NCBI GenBank assembly: GCA_964457385.1
Contig: CAYWGW010000003.1
Span: forward strand, 1,124 to 60,801
Source: an uncultured Spirochaetaceae bacterium
GTDB taxonomy: Bacteria > Myxococcota_A > UBA9160 > UBA4427
Reading direction: 5' to 3'
Length of the DNA: 59,678 nucleotides
Positions 9,565-18,718 of the stretch are shown in pieces (positions within the stretch are counted from its first letter, which is position 1; every line of letters begins with the position of its first letter). A model generated the notes under the pieces. It had not been told where the DNA came from, did no database searches, and saw only the letters and a list, made by a program, of their open reading frames with translations. A program made the translations under genes and the position numbers.

Positions 9565-9882
9565 TCAGCCCCCGAGTCCGGCCCACATGGATTGCTGCAT
9601 CTTGCCGACCTCCTCCTGGACGCTCTCCTGGGCACGGACGAGTGCCGCGTTCACCGCCGCCGCCACGAGGTCCTGGAGCATCGCCCGGTCGCCGGAGCCG
9701 AGCAGCGAGGGCTCGATCTCGATCGAAAGCACGCGCAGCGCACCGGAGACCACGGCCGTCACCATCCCGCCGCCGCTGCTCGCCTCGAAGCGCCGCGCCT
9801 CGAGCTGCTTCTGCACCTCGCCCATGCGCGCCTGCATCTGCTGGGCCCGCTCCATCATCTCCTGCAGCTCGTTCGGATTCAT
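9565..9882 (-). CDS. ybaB: Nucleoid-associated protein YbaB/EbfC
   Basis: 105 aa. 'QEMMERAQQMQARMGEVQKQLEARRFEASSGGGMVTAVVSG...LQDLVAAAVNAAL' matches the family. The gene sits between dnaX and recR. Confidence 0.9.
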   Translation of the reverse strand: MNPNELQEMMERAQQMQARMGEVQKQLEARRFEASSGGGMVTAVVSGALRVLSIEIEPSLLGSGDRAMLQDLVAAAVNAALVRAQESVQEEVGKMQQSMWAGLGG

Positions 9883-11783
9883 CGGCTCTCTCCCAGGGGT
9901 CGGATCTCGACGATCTGGGCCTCGAGGACCTCGAGGGCCAGGTTCACGGGCTCGCTGTGAAGGGCCTGCTGCCGGCGAAGACGCGAGAGCTCGCGTTGGC
10001 TCGCATCCTGTTCCTGCGCAGCCTGGGTCTCCTGGACGGTGATCGTGATCTGCAGCGGCTGTCCGAAGAGCGCCGCGGCCAGGTCCTCGATCTCGGGCTG
10101 CCGCGCGCGCAGCCGATCGGCGTGGAAGGAGCCGGGCACGCCGAGTTCCAGCGTCTCCCCGTGCAGCCGGATCACTCTCGCGACGTCGAGGCTGGCGAAG
10201 CGTGCCCGGTCCGTCTCGAGTGCCCGGATGCGTAGTCGATCAAATAGCATCTCCGGCGCTGCCCCCCCGCCCGGGGCGGCCGTCGGAGATGCGGGCGGGT
10301 TCGGCTCCGGCGCGATCTCTTCCGGCGTGATCTCTGGCGCGTCGGCAGGCGCCGCCGGCCCGGCTGCTTCAGCGGTCCCCTCCAAATCGCGGGTGCCGGC
10401 CGAGCGGGCGTTGTCCGGCGCGGCCTCGGCTCCGCGCCCGCTGCGCCTCGAAGGCGCCGAGGCCTGCGGCCCGCTGCCCGAGGCAGCGCCGCGCGCTCCT
10501 CCGGCCGCCGCCGCTGCCCGTCCGCCGCCCGCGCCGCCACCCGTGCTGCCCGCCCCGCCCGGATGGCCCGGACCACCTTGCTGAGCGAGCCGGCGTTCGA
10601 GCTGATCGAGTCGCGCGAGCAGCTGGGAGACGTCGTCTCCGGCGGGCAGCGTCGCCAGACGAACGACGGCCATCTCGAGCAATGTCGTCGGCTGGGGTGC
10701 CCAGGCCAGATCCTCGATCTCCCGGACGAGCGCGCGAAACATCCGCCGCAGCCGCGCCGGCTCCGTCTTCGTCGCCAGCTCGATCAGCTCCGTACGCTCC
10801 TCCTGGGGTCCTTCGAAGAGCCCCTGGCCCTCGGGCGCGATCCGCAGGACGACGAGATCCCGCAGCAGCTCGAGCAGCGCCTCGGCGATGCGACGCGGCT
10901 CGGAGCCGCCGGAGGTGGCCTGGGCCAGCAGCTCCAATGCCTGGCGCGGATCGCCGGCGATGCACGCCTCGACGAGCGATTGCAGCACGCGGCGATCGAC
11001 GAGGTCGAGCAGCTCGGCGACCGTCGCATCGCTCACCTTCTCGCCGCCGTAGGCCACGATCTGGTCGAGCAGGGTCTGGGCATCACGCATCGAGCCGTCG
11101 CCCTCGCGCGCGATCTGCGCCAGCGCGCCCGGCGAGATCTCGATGCCCTCGGCGGTGCAGATCTCGGTCAGCCTCTCCGCGACAGTCGCCAGGGCGATCC
11201 GGCGCAGGTCGTGACGCTGACAGCGCGAGAGCACCGTGAAGGGGATCTTTTCGGGATTGGTCGTGGCGAAGACGAAGAGGCTTCGCGGCGGCGGCTCCTC
11301 GAGGGTCTTCAACAGGGCGTTGAAGGCCTGCACCGAGAGCATGTGGACCTCGTCGATGATGTAGATGCGATGCTTGCCCGGGGCGGCGGCGTATCGGATC
11401 GACTCGATCACCTCGCGCATGTCGTCGACGCCGGTGCGACTCGCGGCGTCGATCTCCTGGACGTCCGTCGAACGGCCTTCGGTGATTTCCTTGCAGGCGG
11501 TGCAGCTGCCGCAGGGCTCGTCGGTCGGCCCCTTCTCGCAGTTCAGGCAGCGCGCGATCAGCCGCGCCAGGGTCGTCTTGCCGACGCCCCGAGGCCCCGT
11601 CAGCAGTATCGCGTGGGGAATGCGCCCGGTCCGGATCGCGTTGCGGATGGCGGTCGTGACGTGGGCCTGTCCCGAGACCTCGTCGAAGCGCTGCGGCCGC
11701 CATTTGCGCGCGATGACCTGATAGCTCAACGGGGCGGCTCCTGGGGTGGATGCTCTGGAAGGGGCGTCATCGACCGTGGCCAT
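9879..11783 (-). CDS. dnaX: DNA polymerase III subunit gamma/tau
   Basis: AAA+ motif 'LLTGPRGVGKTT', Zn module 'CLNCEKGPTDEPCGSCTACKEI', Walker B 'IYIIDEVHML' and 'LSRCQRHDLRR' are present. A long Ala/Gly/Pro-rich linker follows. Confidence 0.93.
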   Translation of the reverse strand: MATVDDAPSRASTPGAAPLSYQVIARKWRPQRFDEVSGQAHVTTAIRNAIRTGRIPHAILLTGPRGVGKTTLARLIARCLNCEKGPTDEPCGSCTACKEITEGRSTDVQEIDAASRTGVDDMREVIESIRYAAAPGKHRIYIIDEVHMLSVQAFNALLKTLEEPPPRSLFVFATTNPEKIPFTVLSRCQRHDLRRIALATVAERLTEICTAEGIEISPGALAQIAREGDGSMRDAQTLLDQIVAYGGEKVSDATVAELLDLVDRRVLQSLVEACIAGDPRQALELLAQATSGGSEPRRIAEALLELLRDLVVLRIAPEGQGLFEGPQEERTELIELATKTEPARLRRMFRALVREIEDLAWAPQPTTLLEMAVVRLATLPAGDDVSQLLARLDQLERRLAQQGGPGHPGGAGSTGGGAGGGRAAAAAGGARGAASGSGPQASAPSRRSGRGAEAAPDNARSAGTRDLEGTAEAAGPAAPADAPEITPEEIAPEPNPPASPTAAPGGGAAPEMLFDRLRIRALETDRARFASLDVARVIRLHGETLELGVPGSFHADRLRARQPEIEDLAAALFGQPLQITITVQETQAAQEQDASQRELSRLRRQQALHSEPVNLALEVLEAQIVEIRPLGESR

Positions 11784-11820
11784 GCGACGGCGTCGACGGA
11801 CGTGAGGAGAGGTCAGGGGA

Positions 11821-11956
11821 CCCGTGCCGAGGGTTGACCGCAGGGCTTCCCCGATCGCAGCCGAGTCCCTGCTACGGCTGCTTCCTTCCGGACCTGACCG
11901 GGTTCACAGGATCCCGAACTCGAACGGGACCCTGCGGTCAACGCTCGGCACGAGGG
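11821..11956 (-). ncRNA. ffs: Signal recognition particle RNA (4.5S/small SRP RNA)
   Basis: Plus strand 11876-11899 reads ggctgcttccttccggacctgacc. This is the reverse complement of the invariant helix-8 core GGUCAGGUCCGGAAGGAAGCAGCC. A long closing helix pairs 11821-11845 (cccgtgccgagggttgaccgcaggg) with 11930-11956 (ccctgcggtcaacgctcggcacgaggg). The RNA is directly upstream of dnaX, which is classic synteny. The ends are approximate. Confidence 0.85.
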
Positions 11957-12069
11957 ACAAAAGTACCCGGGTGCCGGAACAGGGTCAAACGGCACTCGTG
12001 CCGATCCGGGGGATCTCCGGCAGGGGGTCCGGGCTTGCTAGCATCGGCCGCCGGGCGGGGGGCATCGGT

Positions 12070-12582
12070 TTGAGCGACGGAAATCGGGAATCGGCTTCAA
12101 GCTCCGGGCCGGCTTCCGCGCAGGCATCCTTTCTGGAGGACGAGGCCGAGCTGCGGCGGCTCGTCTACGCCTACGCGCGCATGGTCGACCGCCGGGACTG
12201 GAGCCTGCTGCCCCGGACCTTCACCGACGCGGCCCGACTCCGCGGGCCGGGCTACGTCATGGAGGGCCACGACGAGCTGCGTGCGGGACTCGCGACCATC
12301 GATCGTTTCTCGGCGACGATGCACTTCGTGATGAACCAGATCGTGGAGATAGAGGGGGATCGGGCGACGGGCGAGGTCTACTGCCTCGCGAACCATCTGC
12401 TCGAGGAGCGGGGCCAGCCCGTCAAGCTCGATATGGGCATCCGCTACGAGGATCGATACGAGAGAACGCCGCAGGGCTGGCGCATCGCCGAGCGCGTGCT
12501 GCATCTCGCCTGGCAGCAACGGCTTCCGCTCGTGCCTGACGCTGGACTCGAAAGACAGAAAGAGAAAGGAGAACGGGCATGA
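12070..12582 (+). CDS. SnoaL-like / NTF2-fold protein
   Basis: The C-terminal two thirds of ORF 11824..12582 read 'EAELRRLVYAYARMVDRRDWSLLPRTFTDAARL...MHFVMNQIVEIEGDRATGEVYCLANH...YEDRYERTPQGWRIAER', typical of SnoaL_4/NTF2-like proteins. The upstream part of the ORF overlaps ffs and is not coding. The TTG start at 12070 is a guess. Confidence 0.65.
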   Translation: MSDGNRESASSSGPASAQASFLEDEAELRRLVYAYARMVDRRDWSLLPRTFTDAARLRGPGYVMEGHDELRAGLATIDRFSATMHFVMNQIVEIEGDRATGEVYCLANHLLEERGQPVKLDMGIRYEDRYERTPQGWRIAERVLHLAWQQRLPLVPDAGLERQKEKGERA

Positions 12583-13472
12583 GCCGCTTCCGAACGGCCG
12601 TCGGAATCTTCGGCCTCCAGGACTTTCACGGCGGTGACTTTCGGAAGGTCCTCGATCTGATGCGTCGAGCCGACGAGCTCGGCATCGATCAGATGGTGAT
12701 CACCGACCACGTCGTGATGGGCGAGCGCACGGATCGCTATCCCTACGGAAACTTTCCCGTGCCCCCGGACTACGCCTGGTTCGAGCCGATCGTGGCGATG
12801 TCGGCCATCGCCGCCGCGACGACGCGCATCCGGCTCGCCACCAGCGTCCTGATCAGCCCACTGCGCCCCGCCCCCCTGCTCGCGAAGCAGGCGGCGACCC
12901 TCGATGTGATCTCGGGCGGGCGGCTGGACCTGGGTGTTGGGACGGGTTGGCAACGTGAGGAATACGAGGCCTCGGGGATCCCATGGCCGCGACGCAATCA
13001 GAGGCTCGAGGACCAGCTGCGTGCCTGTCGAGCGCTCTGGACCGAGAGCCCGGCGAGCTTCGCGTCGGAGACGGTCTCCTTCGACACCATTCATTGTCGA
13101 CCGGCGCCGATCCAGTCGCCGCTGCCGATCTGGTTCGGTCTGGCTCCCACGCCGGCGAGCTGTCGCCGGATCGCCGAGTTGGGTCAGGGCTATCTGCCGA
13201 TCTCCCAGGATCCGGCCGTGATCGACGAGGACGTGAAGAAGATCAAGGCTGCCTTCGTCGAGGCGGGCCGCGATCCGGGCGAGCTCGAGGTGCGGGCGCA
13301 GCTGCGTCCCGTGATGGGGAGCGCCGGGCCCGATCTGGAGGCGACACTGGCGGGTGTCGATCCCGCGCTCGAGGCCGGCGCCACGGTGATCGAGGTGCTG
13401 CCGATCGTCTTCAGCCGCTCCGCCCGGGATGTCGATCGCTGCCTCGAACGGATCGCCGGGCTGGCCGTCTGA
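12579..13472 (+). CDS. LLM-class (luciferase-like) flavin/F420-dependent oxidoreductase
   Basis: 'LGIDQMVITDHVV...IRLATSVLISPLRPAPLLAKQAATLDVISGGRLDLGVGTGWQREEYEASG' matches the family. The start overlaps the preceding stop (ATGA). Confidence 0.85.
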   Translation: MSRFRTAVGIFGLQDFHGGDFRKVLDLMRRADELGIDQMVITDHVVMGERTDRYPYGNFPVPPDYAWFEPIVAMSAIAAATTRIRLATSVLISPLRPAPLLAKQAATLDVISGGRLDLGVGTGWQREEYEASGIPWPRRNQRLEDQLRACRALWTESPASFASETVSFDTIHCRPAPIQSPLPIWFGLAPTPASCRRIAELGQGYLPISQDPAVIDEDVKKIKAAFVEAGRDPGELEVRAQLRPVMGSAGPDLEATLAGVDPALEAGATVIEVLPIVFSRSARDVDRCLERIAGLAV

Positions 13473-13523
13473 TCAGGCCAGCGCGTCAGGCCAGCGCGTC
13501 AGGTCAGAGCGTCAGGCCAGAGC
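13472..13523. repeat. 4 x 13-nt tandem repeat (tcaggccagcgcg / tcaggccagcgcg / tcaggtcagagcg / tcaggccagagcc) at a convergent gene junction
   Basis: Read directly from the sequence. The last unit supplies the C-terminal codons and stop of the SDR gene (13512). Confidence 0.8.
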
Positions 13524-14258
13524 CGCGCCGTCGATCCGGATCTCCTCTCCCGAGATGTGGATCGCCTCGTCGGAGGCCAGGAAGGCGATCAGGCTGGCGA
13601 CCTCGTCGGGACTGCGCACGCCGTGCAACGACGCCGGGCGCTGCAACAGGTCCATCGCCACGCCCTTCGGAAATCGCGGGGCCGACATGCGCGTCTCGAT
13701 CGAGGCGGGACAGATCGCGTTGCAGCGCAGGCCCTGGCGCGCGTACTCGACGGCGATTGCCCGGGTGAGGGCATGGACGCCGCCTTTCGAGGCCCCGTAG
13801 GCCGCTCCGTAGGGCAGCCCCATGAGCCCCGCCGTCGAGCCCATGTTGATGATCGAGCCGCGGGTGGCGAGCAGATGGGGAATGGCTTCGCGACACATCA
13901 GGAAGGTGCCGTCGAGATTGATGGAGAGGATGCGGCGCCAGAGCCCGAAGGAGGTCTCGGTCGTGTGCTCGAACTGGATCACGCCGGCGATGTTGCAGAG
14001 CGTGTCGAGCCGGCCGAAGCGGGCGACGCAGGCGGCGACGGTCTCGCGGACCGCGTCCTCCTGGCTGACGTCGCAGATCTGCAGGGCCACGCGACCGCCC
14101 GCCTGCTCGGCCGCCTTGCCGGTCTCCTCGAGACCCTCGCTGGCGACGTCGATCAGGAAGAGTGAAGCGCCCTCGGAGGCGAGGCGGAGGGCCGTGGCGC
14201 GGCCGATGCCCGAGGAGGCCCCGGTCAGCAGCAGAACGCGATCGTCGAATCGACCCAT
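13512..14258 (-). CDS. SDR family oxidoreductase (classical short-chain dehydrogenase)
   Basis: It carries 'LLLTGASSGIGRA' (TGxxxGxG), 'NIAGV', and the catalytic 'YGASKGG' (YxxxK). Confidence 0.9.
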   Translation of the reverse strand: MGRFDDRVLLLTGASSGIGRATALRLASEGASLFLIDVASEGLEETGKAAEQAGGRVALQICDVSQEDAVRETVAACVARFGRLDTLCNIAGVIQFEHTTETSFGLWRRILSINLDGTFLMCREAIPHLLATRGSIINMGSTAGLMGLPYGAAYGASKGGVHALTRAIAVEYARQGLRCNAICPASIETRMSAPRFPKGVAMDLLQRPASLHGVRSPDEVASLIAFLASDEAIHISGEEIRIDGAALA

Positions 14259-14413
14259 CTCGAGAACCTCCGTGCAGAGCGCGTGCTCGTTCGGCTATCG
14301 AATCGTGCCGTCGAACCTTGTCATACGCGCTCGTCCCGGGCAAGACGCTCACGGAAGGCCGGAAGGAAGCTCCCCGCTCGAATCCGTGGTCGCAGGCGAG
14401 AGAGACGCTCGGA

Positions 14414-14950
14414 TCAGCGCGGAAAGAAGGCCGGCCAGACGAGCGCGTCCAGCACCATCGTCTGCAGCCAGAAGAAGAAGAAGAGCCCGGCCGCGAGCTG
14501 GCTTCCGAGGGCTCCGCCCCGCGCGCGTCGGATCAGCATCCAGCCTACGACCGACGCTCCGATTCCGACCGCGAGCAGGTCTATCCGGATCGCCCACCAG
14601 AGCAGCGGCGTCGGGCTCTGGATGTAGAGCGCGGTGAGTGGGAGCCAGGCAGCGGAGGGGATCAGGATTGCGGCGTAGGCCGCAAGAAGCGCACGGAACG
14701 GGAGCCCCGTCCTCTCCCGGAAGGAATCGAGCGGAGTCGCGAAACCCAGGACGCTCGTCGCCGGGAAGAAGCTCGCGGCGGCGAGCAGCATGTTCACCGT
14801 ATAGATCCTGCGCACGATGCCCTCGGGCAGATCGCCCCATAAGGCGCCGCGAATCGCCGGTTCGTATGCGAAGGCCAGCACGTAGCTCGCGAGAACCGCC
14901 GTGCCGCCGATGCCGATCAGAAGAAGCAGCCACCGTCGATTCGGGTCCAT
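14414..14950 (-). CDS. Hypothetical integral membrane protein (about 5 TM segments)
   Basis: The hydrophobic part of ORF 14414..15298 runs from MDPNRRWLLLLIGIGGTAVLASYVL... to ...LFFFFWLQTMVLDALVWPAFFPR. I recognise no family. The start is chosen at the Met preceding the first TM segment. Confidence 0.5.
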   Translation of the reverse strand: MDPNRRWLLLLIGIGGTAVLASYVLAFAYEPAIRGALWGDLPEGIVRRIYTVNMLLAAASFFPATSVLGFATPLDSFRERTGLPFRALLAAYAAILIPSAAWLPLTALYIQSPTPLLWWAIRIDLLAVGIGASVVGWMLIRRARGGALGSQLAAGLFFFFWLQTMVLDALVWPAFFPR

Positions 14951-15038
14951 TCTGAGGGAACTCCTGAAGTGGGTGTTCATTCCGTTCGATGAACGAAGCC
15001 TAGCTTTCCGCAAAGACGGATCGAGTACACTGCGGAGG

Positions 15039-16472
15039 ATGGAGAGGGGATCCCTTCCGGCGAGCGAGCGAACGAGGTGGTGGCATGGCCTGCTACCGGC
15101 CGGGATCCGGGAAGGGGATCCAGAGGAGATCCGTCGCGCTGGGATCCTGATCACGATCGCTCTGCTCGGCTCGGGGATCGGGCTGCTCTCGTCGGTCGTC
15201 CACCTCTCGACGGGTGAGGTCGCGCGGGCGGTGTTCACCTGCGGGATACCACTCCCGCTGCTCTTTTCGCTGGTCGTCCTGCACTGGACGGGTCGCAACG
15301 ATCTCTCGGCGCATCATCTCTGCAGCGTGTCGACGCTGGGGCTCGTCGTCAGCCCGTTCCTCGCCTCGAACGGGATTCCGCTCTTCGTGGGCCTGATCGG
15401 GGTTCCGCTGGTGGCCGCGGCGATCGGAGGCCCCAGGGTCGGTGTCGTCTGGACGACGCTGACGGTCGGCGTCCTGGTCGCGAGCTCGCTGGCCCTGCCC
15501 CTGTCGTCCGGGCTGAGGATTCTCTCCTGGAACACGACGATCATCGCCGGCTTCAGCGGCCTCGCAGCCGTCTTTGCCGAACGCTCTCGGGAGCGGGCGA
15601 TGAGAGCGTCTTCAGCGGCACGTGAGCGGGCGGAGCGTGATGCCCGGATCCGCGCCGAGGCCGAGCAGGCCCTCGTCCGCTACCGCGACGAGCTCGAGGA
15701 GCGCGTCGAAGAGCGGGGCGAGCAGCTGCGGGCCTCCCTGGAGCGATTGAAGGAGCAGGAGCGGCTCGTGGCCATCGGGACCCTCGCTTCCGGAATCGCC
15801 CATCAGATCAACAATCCGATCGGGGGTATCGCGGCGGCGGCGGAGTTCGCGTTGCTCGTCGGAGAGGAGGAGGGGGGCGCGGCGATCCAACGACGTGCGC
15901 TCGAAACGGCGCTCGAGGAGGCACGACGCTGCGGGCGCATCGTGAAGGGCGTCCTGCAGTTCGCCCGGGACGAGCCGAACCTGAAATGGCCCGAGGACCT
16001 CAATGCAACGGTCCTGCGGGCCCTCGAGCAGGTCCGGCGGTTCGTCGCCGAGCACCGGGGCACCCTTCGGGTCACCACGACGCGCGAATGTCTGCGTGTG
16101 AAGATGAATCCCATCGACCTCGAGCAGGTCATCGTCAATCTCGTGCGCAACGCGGCCGAATCCCGCGAGTCCGGAGTAAAGATCGACGTCCGAACGGAGC
16201 AGCTCGGGCATGAGGCGATCTTGATCGTTTCCGACGACGGACCCGGGATCGATGAATCGATTCGGGGTCGGGTCTTCGAGCCCTTCTACACGACCCGCCT
16301 CGAAGGGGGTGGCTCAGGCCTGGGCCTCGCGGTCGTCCATGGCGTGATCGGCGATCACGGAGGCCGGATCGAGATCGAGAGCCCGGATTCGGGCGGTACC
16401 CGATTCAGGATCCGGCTGCCGCTCGTCGTGTTCGAGGACGAGACTGCCTCGATCGACCGACCGATCGGCTGA
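15039..16472 (+). CDS. Membrane-bound sensor histidine kinase (no adjacent response regulator)
   Basis: It has a multi-TM N-terminus and a coiled coil. The H-box reads 'LASGIAHQINNPIGG' and the N box 'VNLVRNAAES'. The G boxes read 'VSDDGPGI' and 'GGSGLGLAVVHGVIGDHGGRIEIES'. The start is uncertain. Confidence 0.85.
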   Translation: MERGSLPASERTRWWHGLLPAGIREGDPEEIRRAGILITIALLGSGIGLLSSVVHLSTGEVARAVFTCGIPLPLLFSLVVLHWTGRNDLSAHHLCSVSTLGLVVSPFLASNGIPLFVGLIGVPLVAAAIGGPRVGVVWTTLTVGVLVASSLALPLSSGLRILSWNTTIIAGFSGLAAVFAERSRERAMRASSAARERAERDARIRAEAEQALVRYRDELEERVEERGEQLRASLERLKEQERLVAIGTLASGIAHQINNPIGGIAAAAEFALLVGEEEGGAAIQRRALETALEEARRCGRIVKGVLQFARDEPNLKWPEDLNATVLRALEQVRRFVAEHRGTLRVTTTRECLRVKMNPIDLEQVIVNLVRNAAESRESGVKIDVRTEQLGHEAILIVSDDGPGIDESIRGRVFEPFYTTRLEGGGSGLGLAVVHGVIGDHGGRIEIESPDSGGTRFRIRLPLVVFEDETASIDRPIG

Positions 16473-16512
16473 CTCCAGCCTCTGCATCGGCGCTCCGTCC
16501 TTCTTTCGCCGA

Positions 16513-17757
16513 CTAGCGCGTCTCCGGCGTGAAGCGCACGTGCATGTGCATCACGCTCCGCACCAGGGCCGAGGAACCGAACTCGGGGCCGCCCGCCGTA
16601 TAGCTCATGTCGGGAATCCTCTTCAGCAGCTCGGAGAAGGCGACCCGCATCTCCATCCGGGCCAGGTTGGCACCGAGGCAGAAGTGGTTGCCTATTCCAA
16701 AGGCGAGGTGCTGGGGCTTGCGGTCGATGTCGAAGACGTCGGCGTTCTCGAAGACGGACTCGTCGCGATTGGCCGAGCCGTAGACCATCAGGACCTTCTG
16801 GCCCTCGGCGATCGGCACTCCGCGGATCTCCGTGTCCTGCGTGGCCGTACGAGCGAAGGAGAGCACGGGCGAGGTCAGCCGCAGCATCTCTTCGATCGCC
16901 TGGGGGATGAGGGATGGATCGTCGATCAGCCGCTGGCGGGCCTCCGGATTCTCGATCAGGAGCTGCATGCCGCCCGAGAGTCCGTTCCGCGTGGTCTCGT
17001 TGCCCGCGACGAGCAACAGCACACACATCTTGATCAGCTCGTCGTTGCTCATGTCGCGCTGCTCGTCGCTCGCCTCGAAGCCGATCAGGTCGACCGCGCG
17101 CTGCGACTCGTGCTGGATCAGCACGCCCTCCTGTCTGGCCCGGACGAGGATGCTGATCAGGTCCTCCTTCGGGTTGTTCCGGCGGTCCTCGATGACGTCG
17201 ACGAGGTAGGTGTAGTACTCGAGGGCGGCCTTGCCTGCCCGGGCCGTGATCTCCGGATCGTTCATGTTGCCGGTTGCGCCGATCATCGCGTCCGACCATT
17301 GATGGAATCGCTCCCGGTCCTCGGGTCGGATGCCGATCATCTCGGCGATCAGCAGCAGCGGGAGCGGGACGGCGATGTCCTCGACGAAGTCGCATTCGCC
17401 CTTGGGCGCCACGGCGTCCAGGGTCTCGTCGGTGATGCGCTGGAAGATCTCCTCCCAACGCCGGACCATGCGCGGCGTGAAGCCGCGGTTGATCAGCCCG
17501 CGCATCTCGCCGTGGCGCGGCTCGTCTTCGTCGATCATGCCGATCTTGGTGTTCTCCGGCCCCGGCATCACGCCCTGGCCCGAGCAGAAGACATCGTTGT
17601 GCTTGGATACGTGGATCACGTCTTCGAAGCGGCTGATGATGAAGGCCTGGGTGGCCTCGCTCCAGAACACGGGCGTGTTCTGACGTAGCCAGCGCATGCG
17701 CTCCGGCATCTCCTGGTTCCAGTAGCGCGCCTGCGCGAAATCGACGTCGATCTCCAT
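16513..17757 (-). CDS. Cytochrome P450
   Basis: The I-helix reads 'LLLVAGNETTRN', the ExxR motif 'EEMLR', and the heme-binding loop 'FGIGNHFCLGANLAR'. Confidence 0.92.
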   Translation of the reverse strand: MEIDVDFAQARYWNQEMPERMRWLRQNTPVFWSEATQAFIISRFEDVIHVSKHNDVFCSGQGVMPGPENTKIGMIDEDEPRHGEMRGLINRGFTPRMVRRWEEIFQRITDETLDAVAPKGECDFVEDIAVPLPLLLIAEMIGIRPEDRERFHQWSDAMIGATGNMNDPEITARAGKAALEYYTYLVDVIEDRRNNPKEDLISILVRARQEGVLIQHESQRAVDLIGFEASDEQRDMSNDELIKMCVLLLVAGNETTRNGLSGGMQLLIENPEARQRLIDDPSLIPQAIEEMLRLTSPVLSFARTATQDTEIRGVPIAEGQKVLMVYGSANRDESVFENADVFDIDRKPQHLAFGIGNHFCLGANLARMEMRVAFSELLKRIPDMSYTAGGPEFGSSALVRSVMHMHVRFTPETR

Positions 17758-17810
17758 GATGGTTCTACCTCGGTCGGTCGGCGCCTCGAAGCGCCGATTG
17801 GGGGTTCGAT

Positions 17811-18488
17811 TCAGGACGAAGTCGAGTCCCGGTGGACGGGTCGATGGACGGGCTGAAGAGTCGAGAGGGCGAACTCGGTGGCTTCGACGAGCCCCTTCTC
17901 GACGGGGTAGTCGGGGTCGGCGAGCCAGCTCGTGATGGCGGAGTTCATCATGCCGAAGGCCATCTGGGCGAGGAAGGTCGCGTCATGGTCGGTGCGCATC
18001 TCGCCCTGGCGCTGTCCCTCGGCGATCAGGTCGACGAAGGGCGCCTGCAGTCTGTGGAGATAGGGATGGGGCCCGTCGGGTTTCGCGTCGTTGCGCATGA
18101 ACTCGATCAGCACGTCCCGGGCGATACCGCGGCTCTCGGCGATCGACTCGGCGGCGGAGGTGATGAAGCTGCGCAGGCGATCCGCACTCGAGCCCGGGCC
18201 CTCGAGATGCTGGGTCGTGAGGCCGTGGAGGTAGTCGACCACCTCGCCCGTCATCAGATCGAGCAACGCTTGCTTGCTCTGGAAGTAGTTGAAGAAGGTC
18301 GCCGGCGCGACGTCTGCGGCCGCTGCGATCTCGTCGACGGTCGTGCTCTGGAAGCCATGCCTCGTGAAGAGATCGCGGGCGGCCTCGAAGATTCGCGCCC
18401 GCACCTCGATCTTCTTGCGCTCGCGCAGACCCAGGGGGGCCGCGGCGGCGGGATCTCGAAGGGGAATCGTCGGGGTAGTGGTCGACAA
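17811..18488 (-). CDS. TetR family transcriptional regulator (upstream of, and co-directional with, the P450 gene)
   Basis: The HTH reads 'RARIFEAARDLFTRHGFQSTTVDEIAAAADVAPATFFNYFQSKQALL'. Confidence 0.88.
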   Translation of the reverse strand: MSTTTPTIPLRDPAAAAPLGLRERKKIEVRARIFEAARDLFTRHGFQSTTVDEIAAAADVAPATFFNYFQSKQALLDLMTGEVVDYLHGLTTQHLEGPGSSADRLRSFITSAAESIAESRGIARDVLIEFMRNDAKPDGPHPYLHRLQAPFVDLIAEGQRQGEMRTDHDATFLAQMAFGMMNSAITSWLADPDYPVEKGLVEATEFALSTLQPVHRPVHRDSTSS

Positions 18489-18558
18489 GGAGGCCTCGTG
18501 GCTGGGTCTGCGTACCGGATCCGCCGCCCTCGGGCTTCAGACCGGGCCGCAGCCAGCG

Positions 18559-18615
18559 GTAAGTATGGAGCTTACTCCAAAATTATGGTGCGCTCCAGAA
18601 AAAAGTCGATTCAAT
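18559..18615 (-). promoter_or_regulatory. AT-rich inverted-repeat region upstream of the TetR-P450 unit (candidate promoter/operator)
   Basis: It contains GTAAGtatggagCTTAC (18559-18575), the nested GGAGcttaCTCC, and the near-palindrome gtcgattcaatcggc. This is the only AT-rich patch in this intergenic gap. Function is inferred. Confidence 0.35.
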
Positions 18616-18718
18616 CGGCGCCGTGAAACCTGCACGCGGGCAGATCCGGCCGGCCAGGAATCCCGCCGGCGTTCGATCTCGCTTCATCAGACGGCAGGCC
18701 CCGTCGCTGGGGCGCTCG

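Noticed and set aside
11824-12069. N-terminal 82 codons of ORF 11824..12582.
   Set aside because: This stretch overlaps the SRP RNA gene on the opposite strand and has poor composition. The SnoaL-like homology begins only after about 12100.
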